Shown: positions 17,631-27,273, counted from the stretch's first letter. The stretch is DNA of 63,048 nt from Nitrospinota bacterium (GCA_030754595.1 JASLZZ010000013.1:1-63048), one strand, 5' to 3'. Translations and numbers: made by a program. Notes: generated by a model not told the origin, from the letters alone.

Positions 17631-18638
17631 ATGGCCATCGATCCGCATACGCATATCCTGCCCGGGGATTTTCTCGCGGACATCCGCAAGGGACGCCTGG
17701 GCGAGACGGCCAGGATCATCAGCGAGGACGGGCAGGAGTGGATGGCTTTCCGGGTCCCCCTCTTCGGCAAGGACCGCGAGTTCCGAAATAAGCTGAGCGC
17801 GCCCTACTACGACGTGGGCATTCGCCTCGGGGCGATGGAGCGGATGGGGGTGGAGCGCCAGGTCCTCTCGGTTTCCCCGTTCATGACCCTCTACGCCATC
17901 GACGCCGGGCTGAACAAAGACATCTCGGCCTCGATCAACGACGGCCTCTCCTCGCTGGCGAAGAGCCACCCCGGCCGGTTTTCATGCATGGCCCAGGTGC
18001 CCCTCCAGGACCCGGAGGCGGCGGCCGACGAGCTCGAACGCGCCGTCAACAACGGCCACATCGGGGTCCAGATCGCCGCGAACATCGCCGGGGGCAATCT
18101 CGACGATCCGGGTCTTGATGTTTTCTGGGAGAAGGCGGTCTCGCTCGACCTGCCCATCTTCATCCACCCGCAGGGCCAGGCGGCCGCCCCCGAGCGGCTC
18201 GGGGACTACTACCTGCGCAACTTCATCGGCAACCCGCTCGACACCACCGTCGCCGCCGCGAGCCTCATCTTCGGCGGCGTTCTCGACCGCTTCCCGGACA
18301 TCAAGTTCTATCTCTCCCACGTGGGCGGCTTCGTCCCCTGGATCAGGGGCCGCTGGCAGCACGGCTACGGCGAGCGCGAGGAGCCCAAGGTGCGCGGCGC
18401 GAAAGACCCCGATCAGTATTTCGGGAAATTTTATTACGACACCATCATCCACAACGCCGACGCCTTCGAGTACGCCGTAAAAACCCTGGGCGCCGACCGG
18501 ATTCTCTACGGGACGGATTATCCGGCCGACATGGGCTACCACCAGCCGGCGAAGGAAATCCCCGGCCTCTCGAGGTTGTCCACAGCGGACCAGGAGAAAA
18601 TCCTCACCGGCAACGCGAAAAAACTCTATAAGCTCTAG
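17631..18638 (+). CDS. Amidohydrolase 2 family (ACMSD-like) protein, paralog 2
   Basis: DPHTH, FIHP, LSHVGG, GTDYPAD; strongly similar to the preceding gene. Confidence 0.9.
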   Translation: MAIDPHTHILPGDFLADIRKGRLGETARIISEDGQEWMAFRVPLFGKDREFRNKLSAPYYDVGIRLGAMERMGVERQVLSVSPFMTLYAIDAGLNKDISASINDGLSSLAKSHPGRFSCMAQVPLQDPEAAADELERAVNNGHIGVQIAANIAGGNLDDPGLDVFWEKAVSLDLPIFIHPQGQAAAPERLGDYYLRNFIGNPLDTTVAAASLIFGGVLDRFPDIKFYLSHVGGFVPWIRGRWQHGYGEREEPKVRGAKDPDQYFGKFYYDTIIHNADAFEYAVKTLGADRILYGTDYPADMGYHQPAKEIPGLSRLSTADQEKILTGNAKKLYKL

Positions 18639-18806
18639 ACCGTTCAGGAAAGCTCTGGGTTTCTTCAAGAAATCTTTTAGCCCCCATCCGGACACGCGCC
18701 GGACGGGGAGGTCGGATGGCGGGGAAGCCGAACAAACAGGCCCGGTAATTTTTCGTGCGGGATATTCACCGGCGGGGAGGCGGGGGCTTCCCCGCCGTTT
18801 TTGTTC

Positions 18807-20093
18807 TCAATCCCCTCGCGCCGGTTCCATCTGTCCCAGCGCGGCGGCCAGGAGGCCGCCCAGGACGAAGAGCGCGGCCATCAGTAGAAACGCGCTGAGA
18901 TAGCTTCCCGAAGCGTCGTAGAGCGCCCCGGTGGACCAGGCGCCCGCCGCCCCGAAGGCGCTGAAGATCATCATCACCGCCCCGTTCATCTTCCCGAAGC
19001 CGGGGCCCTCGAAATGGTCCGCCGCCAGGGCCGAGATCGTCGGGCGAATCAACCCGTTCGCGAAGCCCGTGACCGCCGCCGCCCCGTAAAACACCGCCGG
19101 CGAGGTCCCCTCCTCGAAGAGCCCCATCGTGATCGCCGCTCCCGCCCCGAGGGCCGCGCCGGTCAGGTAGGTGGGCGTTCGCCCGATCCGGTCGGATGCG
19201 CCGCTCGCGAAATTTCCCGCCATGATGAACGCGCCCCAGAGCAAGAAGATCACTCCCCCCTCGCGGAGGGTGAAGCCCTGGTCCGTCGCGTGGGGGACGA
19301 GGTGGACCACGGTGCCGACGAAAATAAAGGCGTTCAGGCCGTAAACTCCCGCGAGCAGGAAAAAGCGCGGCGAGAAAATACGCTCCCAGACGCCCGGCGG
19401 GGCGGGCGCCTCCATTGGCAGGGGGATCGTCCGCCGCGCGGCGAGGGCCATGCGTTCGTCCATGGGGAGAAAGGGCGCGTCCGGCACAGTGCCCTTCTCC
19501 CCGGGGTCGTCTCTTAAAAACCCCGCCGAGATCGGAAAGATGATGAACATCACGAAGAGGGCCAGGGCGACGTAGCTGGCCCGCCAGCCGAGGAGGGCGA
19601 AAAGGGGAGGCACCGCCAGGGTCAGCACGGTGGCGAACCCCTGGGCCGAGGTGGAGATGCCCATCGCCAGGCCGCGCCGCTTGCGGAACCAGTTCGAGAG
19701 GATGTGCACCTGCGGGACATAGGTGGCCATCGTGAAGCCCGCCGAGAGGAGGGCGTACATCAAATAAAGATGCCAGAGGCTCCGGATGAAGTACCCGAGC
19801 AGGAGAGCCGCCCCGGTGGCGAGAGCGCCCGCCGATATCGTCCACCTCAGATTCCACCGGTCGCCCATCCAGCCGGCCAGCGGGGAGGTGAACCCCTGGG
19901 CGATCATTCCCGCTGAGTAGGCGGCGGAGATCTCGGCGCGGTTCCAGCCGAACTCGCCCGCCATCTCCTTGAAGAAAAAGCCGAGCGAGTTTCTCGCCCC
20001 GATCAGGGTGGCCATGACCGCGAAAAGGGCCGCCAGCACCACCCAGCCGTACCAGAGACGAGGTTTCATCCGCGCCTCGAGGGAGCCGGCCAT
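18807..20093 (-). CDS. MFS transporter (OFA/MCT-like)
   Basis: About 12 TM; GWMGDRW and SDRIGR motif-A loops; SNWFRKRRGLAMG. Confidence 0.9.
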   Translation of the reverse strand: MAGSLEARMKPRLWYGWVVLAALFAVMATLIGARNSLGFFFKEMAGEFGWNRAEISAAYSAGMIAQGFTSPLAGWMGDRWNLRWTISAGALATGAALLLGYFIRSLWHLYLMYALLSAGFTMATYVPQVHILSNWFRKRRGLAMGISTSAQGFATVLTLAVPPLFALLGWRASYVALALFVMFIIFPISAGFLRDDPGEKGTVPDAPFLPMDERMALAARRTIPLPMEAPAPPGVWERIFSPRFFLLAGVYGLNAFIFVGTVVHLVPHATDQGFTLREGGVIFLLWGAFIMAGNFASGASDRIGRTPTYLTGAALGAGAAITMGLFEEGTSPAVFYGAAAVTGFANGLIRPTISALAADHFEGPGFGKMNGAVMMIFSAFGAAGAWSTGALYDASGSYLSAFLLMAALFVLGGLLAAALGQMEPARGD

Positions 20094-21413
20094 CTACGTC
20101 TCCTCCTCGCGGAGCGGTTTCATCCGCCCCAGCGCGGCGGCGAAAAGACAACTCAGGACAAATACCCCCGCGACCAGGAGCATCGCCTCGAGATAGCCGC
20201 CGAAGCGGTCGAACAGATAGCCCGTCGCCAGCGGGCCTCCCGCGCCCGTGAGAGCGAAGAGCATCATCATGGTCCCGTTCACCCGGCCGATGCCGGGCCC
20301 GGCGAAATGATCGGTGAGCATGGCGACGATAGTCGGGCGCACCAAGCCCAGCGCGAACCCCGAGAGACCCGCCCCGAGAACAATTTGGGTCCCCGCCGCC
20401 GCGCCGGCGATCCCCGCGAGCAGAAGCATGGCCCCCGCCCCCAGCATCGCGCCGGTGATATAGGTGCTGGTTCGCCCGTATTTGTCCGATATGCTGCTCG
20501 CCAGATTTCCCGCGAAAACCGAGACTCCGAAGAGGGTGAAGATAGCCGCGCCCTCCGCCGGGGAGAAGCCGCTGTCCGTCGCCAGGGGAACGAGGTGAAC
20601 CACGAGGGTGGTGTAATTGTAGGCGATGGCGGCGAACAGGCCGAGCAGTAAAAAGAATCTGATCGAGAAGATCAGGTCGGCGGGAAACCCGCCCTGCGCC
20701 GCGTCTTCACCGTGGGCGGAACTTTCGGCCGCGGACAGCGCGCCGGGATCCTCCGGGCCGAGGTCTTCTGCGCCGAGAAAAGGAGCGTCGGCGACCGTCC
20801 CTTTTTCCTGGGGCCGGTCCCGCAGAAGCAGGGCGGCCAGCGGAAGCGTCCCCAAGAGAATCACACAGCCGAAGACCAGGTAGGTGAGGCGCCAGCCGAG
20901 CCCGGCGATGAGCGCCGAGGTAAGGACGCTCGTCGTGAAGGCGATTCCCTGCGCCGAGGAAGTCAGCCCGAGGGCGAGGCCGCGCCGGCGGACGAACCAA
21001 TTCGAGAGGACCTGAATTTGCGGAAGGTGGGTCGCTCCCCCGAAGCCCAGCGAGAGGATGAAATACATCAGGTAGATATGCCAAAGAGCGCTCACGAAAA
21101 ATCCCATGAGCATCCCCGCGCCGAAAAGAGACACCCCCAGCGCCATCGTCCAGCGGATGCTCCACTTGTCCAGTATCCAGCCGACGAAAGGCGCGCTGAA
21201 GGCGAAACCGAGCATGCCCATCGAAAACGCGCCCGAGGTCTCGGCGCGCGACCAGCCGAACTCCGCCGAGAGCCCCTTGAAGAAAACGCCGAACGAGGTG
21301 CGCGTGCCGATGAGAGTTAGCATGACGACAAACACCGTCCCGAGGATCACCCAGCCGTACCAGAGGCCGGGACGGACCTCGCCGTGCGTTTCGGGTGAGG
21401 GCGTTTGGGTCAC
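20094..21413 (-). CDS. MFS transporter (OFA/MCT-like), tandem paralog
   Basis: About 12 TM; GWILDKW, SNWFVRRRGLALG, SDKYGR. Confidence 0.9.
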   Translation of the reverse strand: MTQTPSPETHGEVRPGLWYGWVILGTVFVVMLTLIGTRTSFGVFFKGLSAEFGWSRAETSGAFSMGMLGFAFSAPFVGWILDKWSIRWTMALGVSLFGAGMLMGFFVSALWHIYLMYFILSLGFGGATHLPQIQVLSNWFVRRRGLALGLTSSAQGIAFTTSVLTSALIAGLGWRLTYLVFGCVILLGTLPLAALLLRDRPQEKGTVADAPFLGAEDLGPEDPGALSAAESSAHGEDAAQGGFPADLIFSIRFFLLLGLFAAIAYNYTTLVVHLVPLATDSGFSPAEGAAIFTLFGVSVFAGNLASSISDKYGRTSTYITGAMLGAGAMLLLAGIAGAAAGTQIVLGAGLSGFALGLVRPTIVAMLTDHFAGPGIGRVNGTMMMLFALTGAGGPLATGYLFDRFGGYLEAMLLVAGVFVLSCLFAAALGRMKPLREEET

Positions 21414-21711
21414 TAAGCGGATTTTTCGAGAAGGCCGGGTTCGATGCGCTTCTCTTGGAGCGGGTGGGCGATCTTCCCGTCGGGGTAGTAGTGCATCTGC
21501 ACTACGTTGCCCAAGACGAAAACATTATCCCGGATCATGCCGCGCCTCTCTCCGGGGGCAAGGCCCGGCGCTCGCGTTGAATACCCGGCGCTCGCGTTTA
21601 ATAGAAAAGCGGCCGGCCGTGTGAGATACTTTCGCCACCGAAGATAGCACAAGCCTCCGGCGGGCGTCAGGAAGGCCTCCGCCGGTTTTTTTTCGCGGGA
21701 GCGCGCCGAAA

Positions 21712-22584
21712 ATGTACTGGATATCCCTCTCTCTGGCGGCGGCGTTGCTTCAGGCGTCGCGCAACGCCGTGATGAAGCGCCTCGGCCACGAGCTCGACGA
21801 ATACATCAACGTATTCGGGCGTTTCTTTTTTCTGCTTCCCTTCGCGGGCGTGGCGGTCCTTTTAACCGGCGTGCCCGAGGTTCGGCCGGATTACTACTGG
21901 GCCTGCTTTCTTTTCGGATTCAGCCAGACGGCGGCGACGCTGTGCCTCTCGAAGGCGCTCCTTTACGGAAACATCTCGGTGGTCATCCCGCTCTGGCGGA
22001 CCTCACTCATCTGGCTCGTCCTGGTCTCGTTTTTCACGCTGGGCGAGGTGCCCACGGCGGTGGGTCTCGCCGGGATCGGCGTCACCCTCGCCGGGGTCTA
22101 TGTCCTCAATATCTCGCGGGCGAGGATATCGCCCTGGGAGCCGATCCGCGTCCTCTTCACCGACCGGGGCCAGCGCTTCGCCCTCCTCTCGGCCGTCATG
22201 TACGCCCCCTCGGTGGTCACCTTCAAATGGGCGATCGTCAACTCCAGTGTTCCCTTCGCCACCCTCGGGACCTACGTCGCCGCGACGCTCTGCGTCCTGC
22301 CCTTCGCTCTGAAAAACTCGCGCCAACATTTCGCCCAGATTCCGCGCCTCTGGAAGAGTTTCGTCTCGCTCGGGCTCTTCGCCGCCCTGACGAACTTCAC
22401 CCAGGGGGAGGCCTACCGGGTCCAGCTCTCCTCCTACGTCGAGGCGATCAAGCAGACCGAGATCCTCTTCGCCCTGCTGATAGGCTACGTTCTTTTCGGC
22501 GAGCGCGAGCGGATCAGGGAGATATCCGCCGGCGCGGCGATCATCCTGGCCGGGGTGGTCTTCCTCGTCCTCTTCGTCGGGTAG
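21712..22584 (+). CDS. DMT/EamA-family transporter
   Basis: About ten TM; LGEVP and LFGER repeat ends. Confidence 0.85.
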   Translation: MYWISLSLAAALLQASRNAVMKRLGHELDEYINVFGRFFFLLPFAGVAVLLTGVPEVRPDYYWACFLFGFSQTAATLCLSKALLYGNISVVIPLWRTSLIWLVLVSFFTLGEVPTAVGLAGIGVTLAGVYVLNISRARISPWEPIRVLFTDRGQRFALLSAVMYAPSVVTFKWAIVNSSVPFATLGTYVAATLCVLPFALKNSRQHFAQIPRLWKSFVSLGLFAALTNFTQGEAYRVQLSSYVEAIKQTEILFALLIGYVLFGERERIREISAGAAIILAGVVFLVLFVG

Positions 22585-22796
22585 GAGTTTCAAGAAAAAA
22601 CCGCAACCAGAAACTTCAATTAAAAGCCGCAGGCAGAATCCTCGAATAAAAACCTCGTGAGGGGAGAGGGTGGAAGATCGCCCCCCTCCCCGCCGCCTCG
22701 GTCCTGTCTATTTAGTGTTTCGCGTTCAAAGGTGATGCAGGTCACAAGTGCGCCGTTAATTAATGGCGAAATTTATAATAATGATTAAGCATATTA

Positions 22797-22905
22797 GAGG
22801 CCATTTCATAACCTCTTTCGCGGAATCTTCGTCCGTCAAAGGCCTTGATTTTATCGGCCTTCTCACAGGGGTGGAAACCTCGGGAATGGGTTATGAAATG
22901 ACTTC
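22797..22905 (+). mobile_element. 109-bp MITE, copy 1
   Basis: 17-bp imperfect terminal inverted repeats GAGGCCATTTCATAACC / GGTTATGAAATGACTTC flanked by TA on both sides; near-identical inverted copy at 54383-54491. Confidence 0.85.
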
Positions 22906-23077
22906 TAGTGTTTTAAAATTGATGAAAAGTCCGTGGATTTGTTCCGGGGGAAAGTTATGGCAATAAATACGAGTATTTTATTCAATTGTCCGGTTATTCG
23001 TTTCCGTTTTTTTTTTGACCTTGGCCCCGCGTTCGTTTCGCGGGGCCGCTCACCCACTCATGTAGAGGAGAGTCGTC

Positions 23078-24248
23078 ATGCGAAAACGAATTTCTCACTT
23101 GATTGTCCCGGTAATCATGGCTCTGATGTTCATGATCCCGGCGGCGGCCCTCGGGGCCACCACCGAGGAGCGCGTCACCGACCTTAAAACCGATGTCCAG
23201 ACAACGAGCTCCGGCCTGTTGGACCGGATGGACGACGTGGAGGACGAGAACGGAGAAAGCGGCTGACTCCCCAAGCAACTCCGCTGCCGGATCAAATATC
23301 TCGAAACCCTGCTCGCATGTTTGCACAGCTCCAGCACTTCGACGAACCTCGTTTTCAGGGGTTGCAACGTCAACGTGCAAAGCGGATCGGGAAGCACCGC
23401 CGAAACCGTCAACGGATATGGCAACCTGATCGTCGGTTATAACGAGGCACCCACATCGCCAAGCCGGGGCGGGTCGCACAACCTCATCGTCGGCCCAAAG
23501 CACAACTTTTCGAGTTACGGGGGGCTTGCCGCCGGATACGAGAGCACGGTCAGCGGCACGTACGCCACCGTGAGCGGGGGAAACCTCAACACCGCCAGCG
23601 GCGACTACGCGAGCGTGAGCGCAGGCACCACTAACCTGGACTCGGGCGATTATTCCAGCGTAAGCGGAGGAGATACCAACACCGCCCGCCAGGTAGCCAC
23701 CAGCGTGAGCGGAGGGCAAAGCAACATCGCCGGAACCACCACAGCGAATGTGGGCGAAGACGCCAACGTGAGCGGGGGGGGAAAGCAATACCGCCAGCGG
23801 CGACTACGCGAGCGTGAGCGCGGGAAGGCTCAACACCGCCAGCGGCGACTGGTCCAGCGTCAGCGGAGGCGGAGGCGGAGGCGGAGGCGATCCGGCTGAG
23901 TATGGGGGAAATGTCGCCTCCCACGCCCTATCCAGCGTGAGCGGCGGGCAGGGCAATGAGGCCAATGCATACGCTTCGAGCGTGACCGGTGGGGTTCACA
24001 ATACCGCCGACGACCCCGGCCATTACAACACCGTCAGCGGAGGGGAGAACAACCTGGCCGACCGCGACTACTCCAGCATCAGCGGAGGGTCGGACAACAC
24101 CGCGCAAGGCGTCGGCTCCGATATTAGTGGCGGGAAAAATAATTTGATCGGCACTTCCGGCGACCGCGCCAGCGTCAGCGGCGGGTCGACTCGTAGTGTG
24201 AATGGGCAGTACGACTAGCGGGGGGGCAGCTACTTCTCAACCAATTAA
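23078..24248 (+). pseudogene. Exported Gly/Ser-rich repeat (SVSGG..N.A) surface protein, triple-broken
   Basis: Signal peptide, in-frame TGA 23264-23266, +1 frameshift in G8 (23774-23781), in-frame TAG 24216-24218 ten codons before TAA; about 14-aa beta-solenoid-like repeats continue across all fragments. Confidence 0.8.
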
Positions 24249-24273
24249 CCGATCATCGTAATCGACCCACAAT

Positions 24274-24313
24274 CCGCCCCCTCGGCCCCGCGCCGGGGGG
24301 GCGGTTTTTTTTT
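24274..24313 (+). terminator. Intrinsic terminator
   Basis: CCGCCCCCTCGGC / GCCGGGGGGGCGG stem followed by T9. Confidence 0.8.
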
Positions 24314-24407
24314 ATTGGCGCGGCGGGCGGGATGATCTATCCTTGCTCTGGAGATGGATTCAAGGGAGTTACTCACCCGGCGAGCCGGGTTTATATGGAG
24401 CGGACGG

Positions 24408-24839
24408 ATGGAAAAAGCGACCTTCGGGGCGGGATGTTTTTGGGGAGTCGAGGCGGCTTTCCGGAAGGTGAGGGGAGTTGGCTCGACGGCGGTGGGCTAC
24501 TCGGGCGGGCACACCGATGACCCGAGCTACCGGGAGGTGTGCTCCGGCCGGACCGGTCACGCCGAGGTCGTCGAGATCGAATTCGACCCGGCCGCCGTCT
24601 CCTACGGCGAGCTGTTAGAGGTGTTGTGGCGGATTCACGACCCGACGACGCTGAACCGCCAGGGCCCGGACGTGGGCACCCAGTACCGCTCGGCGATCTT
24701 TTTTCACACCCCCGCGCAGGAAGCCGCCGCCGCCTCATCGAAGGAAGCCCTCGAGGCCTCGGGCTGGCTCGGGGGCCCCGTCGTCACCGAAATCACGCCC
24801 GCCCCCGCCTTTTACCGGGCCGAGGAGTATCATCAGTAA
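24408..24839 (+). CDS. msrA: Peptide-methionine (S)-S-oxide reductase with premature stop in the YHQxY motif
   Basis: [30 protein letters not shown] then TAA; frame continues YFEKNRVAH to 24869. Confidence 0.9.
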   Translation: MEKATFGAGCFWGVEAAFRKVRGVGSTAVGYSGGHTDDPSYREVCSGRTGHAEVVEIEFDPAAVSYGELLEVLWRIHDPTTLNRQGPDVGTQYRSAIFFHTPAQEAAAASSKEALEASGWLGGPVVTEITPAPAFYRAEEYHQ

Positions 24840-24879
24840 TATTTCGAAAAAAATAGGGTGGCCCATTAAGGAGCGAAAT

Positions 24880-25545
24880 ATGACCCGCCGCGCACTGTCC
24901 CATGGCGCGGGCCGGTTTTTGTGCGCCGCGCTCGCCGCCGCGATGATCTGGACGGCGGTTTCAGCCGCGTCCGCCGCACAGCGAGAAACCCGCTCCCGCC
25001 TCAAGAGTAAAATCGCCGCCGAGCGCTACGAGGCCGCGCTCGCGCTCGGCCGGGCGGGGGTGATGAAAGATACGCCCTCGCTCGCGCCGCTTCTGGCGGA
25101 CTCTGTGGTCCGGGTCCGGGAGGCGGCGTATCAATCCCTCTGGAAAATCTGGTTGCGCTCGGGCGACCCGGAGATAGACGCAATCATGGGCCGGGGCGTC
25201 GAACTGATGAACGGGGACCACCCCGCCGAGGCGGTCGATGTCTTTTCCGAGATCATCCGGCGAAAGCCCGTCTACGCCGAGGGCTGGAACAAGCGTGCGA
25301 CGGCGCTGTGGATGGTCCGGCGCTACCGAGAGTCGATCGCCGACTGCATCAGGGTGGTCGAGCTCAATCCCTATCATTTCGGCGCTTTCTCGGGGATGGG
25401 GCTCAATTATCTCGGGCTCAAGGATTTCGAGGGCGCCCTCGACGCCTTCAAGAAAACGATCAGGCTCCTCCCGCACTCGAAGAGCACGGCGCGCTACATC
25501 GAAATTATCGAGAACGCCCTGGCGGACAAGCGCAAGAAGATTTAA
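24880..25545 (+). CDS. Exported HEAT/TPR-repeat protein
   Basis: Signal peptide; LW.IW..SG, AEGWNKRAT, LNPYHFGA.SG TPR motifs. Confidence 0.85.
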   Translation: MTRRALSHGAGRFLCAALAAAMIWTAVSAASAAQRETRSRLKSKIAAERYEAALALGRAGVMKDTPSLAPLLADSVVRVREAAYQSLWKIWLRSGDPEIDAIMGRGVELMNGDHPAEAVDVFSEIIRRKPVYAEGWNKRATALWMVRRYRESIADCIRVVELNPYHFGAFSGMGLNYLGLKDFEGALDAFKKTIRLLPHSKSTARYIEIIENALADKRKKI

Positions 25546-25616
25546 GGCCGTCCGGTCGTGCGAGATGGGCGAGTGAGGTAGCGCCGCCTGATGCGGGTTT
25601 TCGAGGGGTTGATTTC

Positions 25617-25645
25617 TTGACACCTCCGGCGGCTCTCCTTATATT
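25617..25645 (+). promoter_or_regulatory. Sigma70 promoter of nuo operon 1
   Basis: TTGACA-17 nt-TATATT, 70 nt upstream of nuoA. Confidence 0.7.
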
Positions 25646-25715
25646 GCCCGGTGGCGAAGCGCCGAGCGAATTGACGGTTCTTAAATAAACAAAGCGATCT
25701 CATCGAGGTCTTGCC

Positions 25716-26072
25716 GTGCCTCAGGAATACTTGCCGATTTTCCTCCTTCTCGCGTTGGCGGTGGGATTCGCCGCCGTGAGCCTGGGGATGTCCTTCTTTT
25801 TCGGCAAAAGACGCCCCACACCCGAGAAAAACGCGCCCTACGAGTGCGGAATCGTCCCCGAGACGAGCGCGCGCGGGCGGGTTTCGGTGAAATTCTTCCT
25901 CGTGGCGATGCTCTTTATCGTGTTCGACGTCGAGACCATCTTCCTCTTTCCCTGGGCGGTGGTGTTGCGGGAGCTGGGGGGCTACGCCCTCGCCGCGATG
26001 CTGCCCTTCATGTTCCTGCTCGTGGCCAGCCTGGTTTACGAGTGGAAACGGGGAGCGCTGGAATGGGACTAG
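25716..26072 (+). CDS. nuoA: NADH-quinone oxidoreductase subunit A (set 1)
   Basis: PYECG, FDVE, KRGALEW. Confidence 0.97.
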   Translation: MPQEYLPIFLLLALAVGFAAVSLGMSFFFGKRRPTPEKNAPYECGIVPETSARGRVSVKFFLVAMLFIVFDVETIFLFPWAVVLRELGGYALAAMLPFMFLLVASLVYEWKRGALEWD

Positions 26073-26560
26073 AAGAAAAACTCGAGGGCCAGGTCGTGCT
26101 CGGCCGGGCCGCCGATGTGATCAAGTGGGCCCGTAAAAACAGCCTCTGGCCCGCGCTTTTTGGCCTCGCCTGCTGCGCCATCGAGATGATGTCCGCCTCG
26201 GCGAGCAAGTACGATATCGCGCGGTTCGGGGCCGAGGTGTTCCGCGCCTCCCCGCGCCAGTCGGACCTGATGATCGTGGCGGGCCGCGTCTCGCGGAAGA
26301 TGGCCCCGGTTCTCAGGCAGATTTACGACCAGATGCCAGAGCCTAAATGGGTGATTTCGATGGGCGCCTGCGCTTCGACCGGAGGGGTTTTTAACAATTA
26401 CGCCCTGGTCCAGGGGGTGGACGAGGTGGTCCCCGTGGATATTTACGTGCCCGGCTGTCCGCCGCGCCCGGAAACCCTCCTCGATGGAATTCTCAAGCTC
26501 CAGAAGAAAATCGAATCCGAGGGACTTTACCCGGAAAGGTCCGGAGCAGCCTCCGCCTGA
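26063..26560 (+). CDS. nuoB: NADH-quinone oxidoreductase subunit B (set 1)
   Basis: [28 protein letters not shown] 26063 overlaps nuoA. Confidence 0.97.
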   Translation: MGLEEKLEGQVVLGRAADVIKWARKNSLWPALFGLACCAIEMMSASASKYDIARFGAEVFRASPRQSDLMIVAGRVSRKMAPVLRQIYDQMPEPKWVISMGACASTGGVFNNYALVQGVDEVVPVDIYVPGCPPRPETLLDGILKLQKKIESEGLYPERSGAASA

Positions 26561-26611
26561 TCGAGCGGAGCGTCCGGAGCCGCACCCGGGCGGATATTTA
26601 TGGACGGAGGC

Positions 26612-26629
26612 TTGTGCTATTTTTCACAA
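26612..26629. promoter_or_regulatory. Rex-type operator between nuoB and nuoC
   Basis: TTGTGCTATTTTTCACAA matches 12 of 14 defined positions of TTGTGAA-N4-TTCACAA. Confidence 0.65.
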
Positions 26630-26712
26630 AATTTTGCCCCGGCGGGGCGACCCATAGGATGTCACTCCCAAGTCGCCATCGGCGAGTCGCCTGCCCGGGA
26701 AGAGGATGAATC

Positions 26713-27273
26713 GTGCCGGATGAGACCGAATTAGCGCCAGACGGCGAAGAGAGCCCCGGAGAGAGCGACGAGGATCTCCTGGCGCTCCGGGACCGGATCG
26801 GCGGCGGGGTGCGGGCCGCCCGGCTTCACCGGGGCCAGCTCTCCGTCGAGATCGCGCCCGCCTCGCTGGAGGAGGCGGCGATGTTTCTCCGCGAGGAGCG
26901 CGGGTTCGCGATGTTGAGCTTCGTCGCCGGGGTGGACTGCCTCGAGCTTCCGGTCCCCTACCGGTTCAAGGCGACTTATTCGCTCCTCGATCCGGCGCGG
27001 GCCCGGCGGATTCGCCTGGAGGCGCCCTGCGAGGACGATCTGGAGCCCCGCCTCCCGAGCGTAAGCGGGGTCTGGCCCGGCGCGGCCCCGCACGAGAGCG
27101 AGGCCTACGACCTCCTCGGGATAGTTTTTGACGGAAACGAGCAGCTTGAGCGGATCCTCACCCCCGAAGGTTTCGTGGGCTATCCGCACAGAAAAGATTT
27201 CGACATCTCCTCCGAGCCGGTGGCGTTCTCCTTCCGGGATACGCCCGCCGGCAAGCCGGAGGCGAAGGAGTAG
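26713..27273 (+). CDS. nuoC: NADH-quinone oxidoreductase subunit C (set 1)
   Basis: PSVSGVW, ESEAYDLLGI.F, YPHRKDF. Confidence 0.93.
   Translation: MPDETELAPDGEESPGESDEDLLALRDRIGGGVRAARLHRGQLSVEIAPASLEEAAMFLREERGFAMLSFVAGVDCLELPVPYRFKATYSLLDPARARRIRLEAPCEDDLEPRLPSVSGVWPGAAPHESEAYDLLGIVFDGNEQLERILTPEGFVGYPHRKDFDISSEPVAFSFRDTPAGKPEAKE

Noticed and set aside
21413..21538. 41-aa ORF MIRDNVFVLG... whose stop overlaps the MFS start
   Set aside because: Possible gene remnant or leader peptide, too little evidence
22763..22966. Two short ORFs (also 54322-54537) sharing an identical peptide RGHFITSFAESS...
   Set aside because: The shared part is just the 109-bp MITE read through
23264..23266. Selenocysteine, pyrrolysine or stop-codon reassignment as the cause of in-frame stops
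   Set aside because: All three stop codons end normal genes here, lesions involve TGA, TAG and TAA, and frameshifts co-occur
23500..24200. Regularly spaced AGCGTGAGCGG repeats as a CRISPR array
   Set aside because: Codon-level repeats of the SVSGG protein motif; no constant repeat-spacer structure or cas genes
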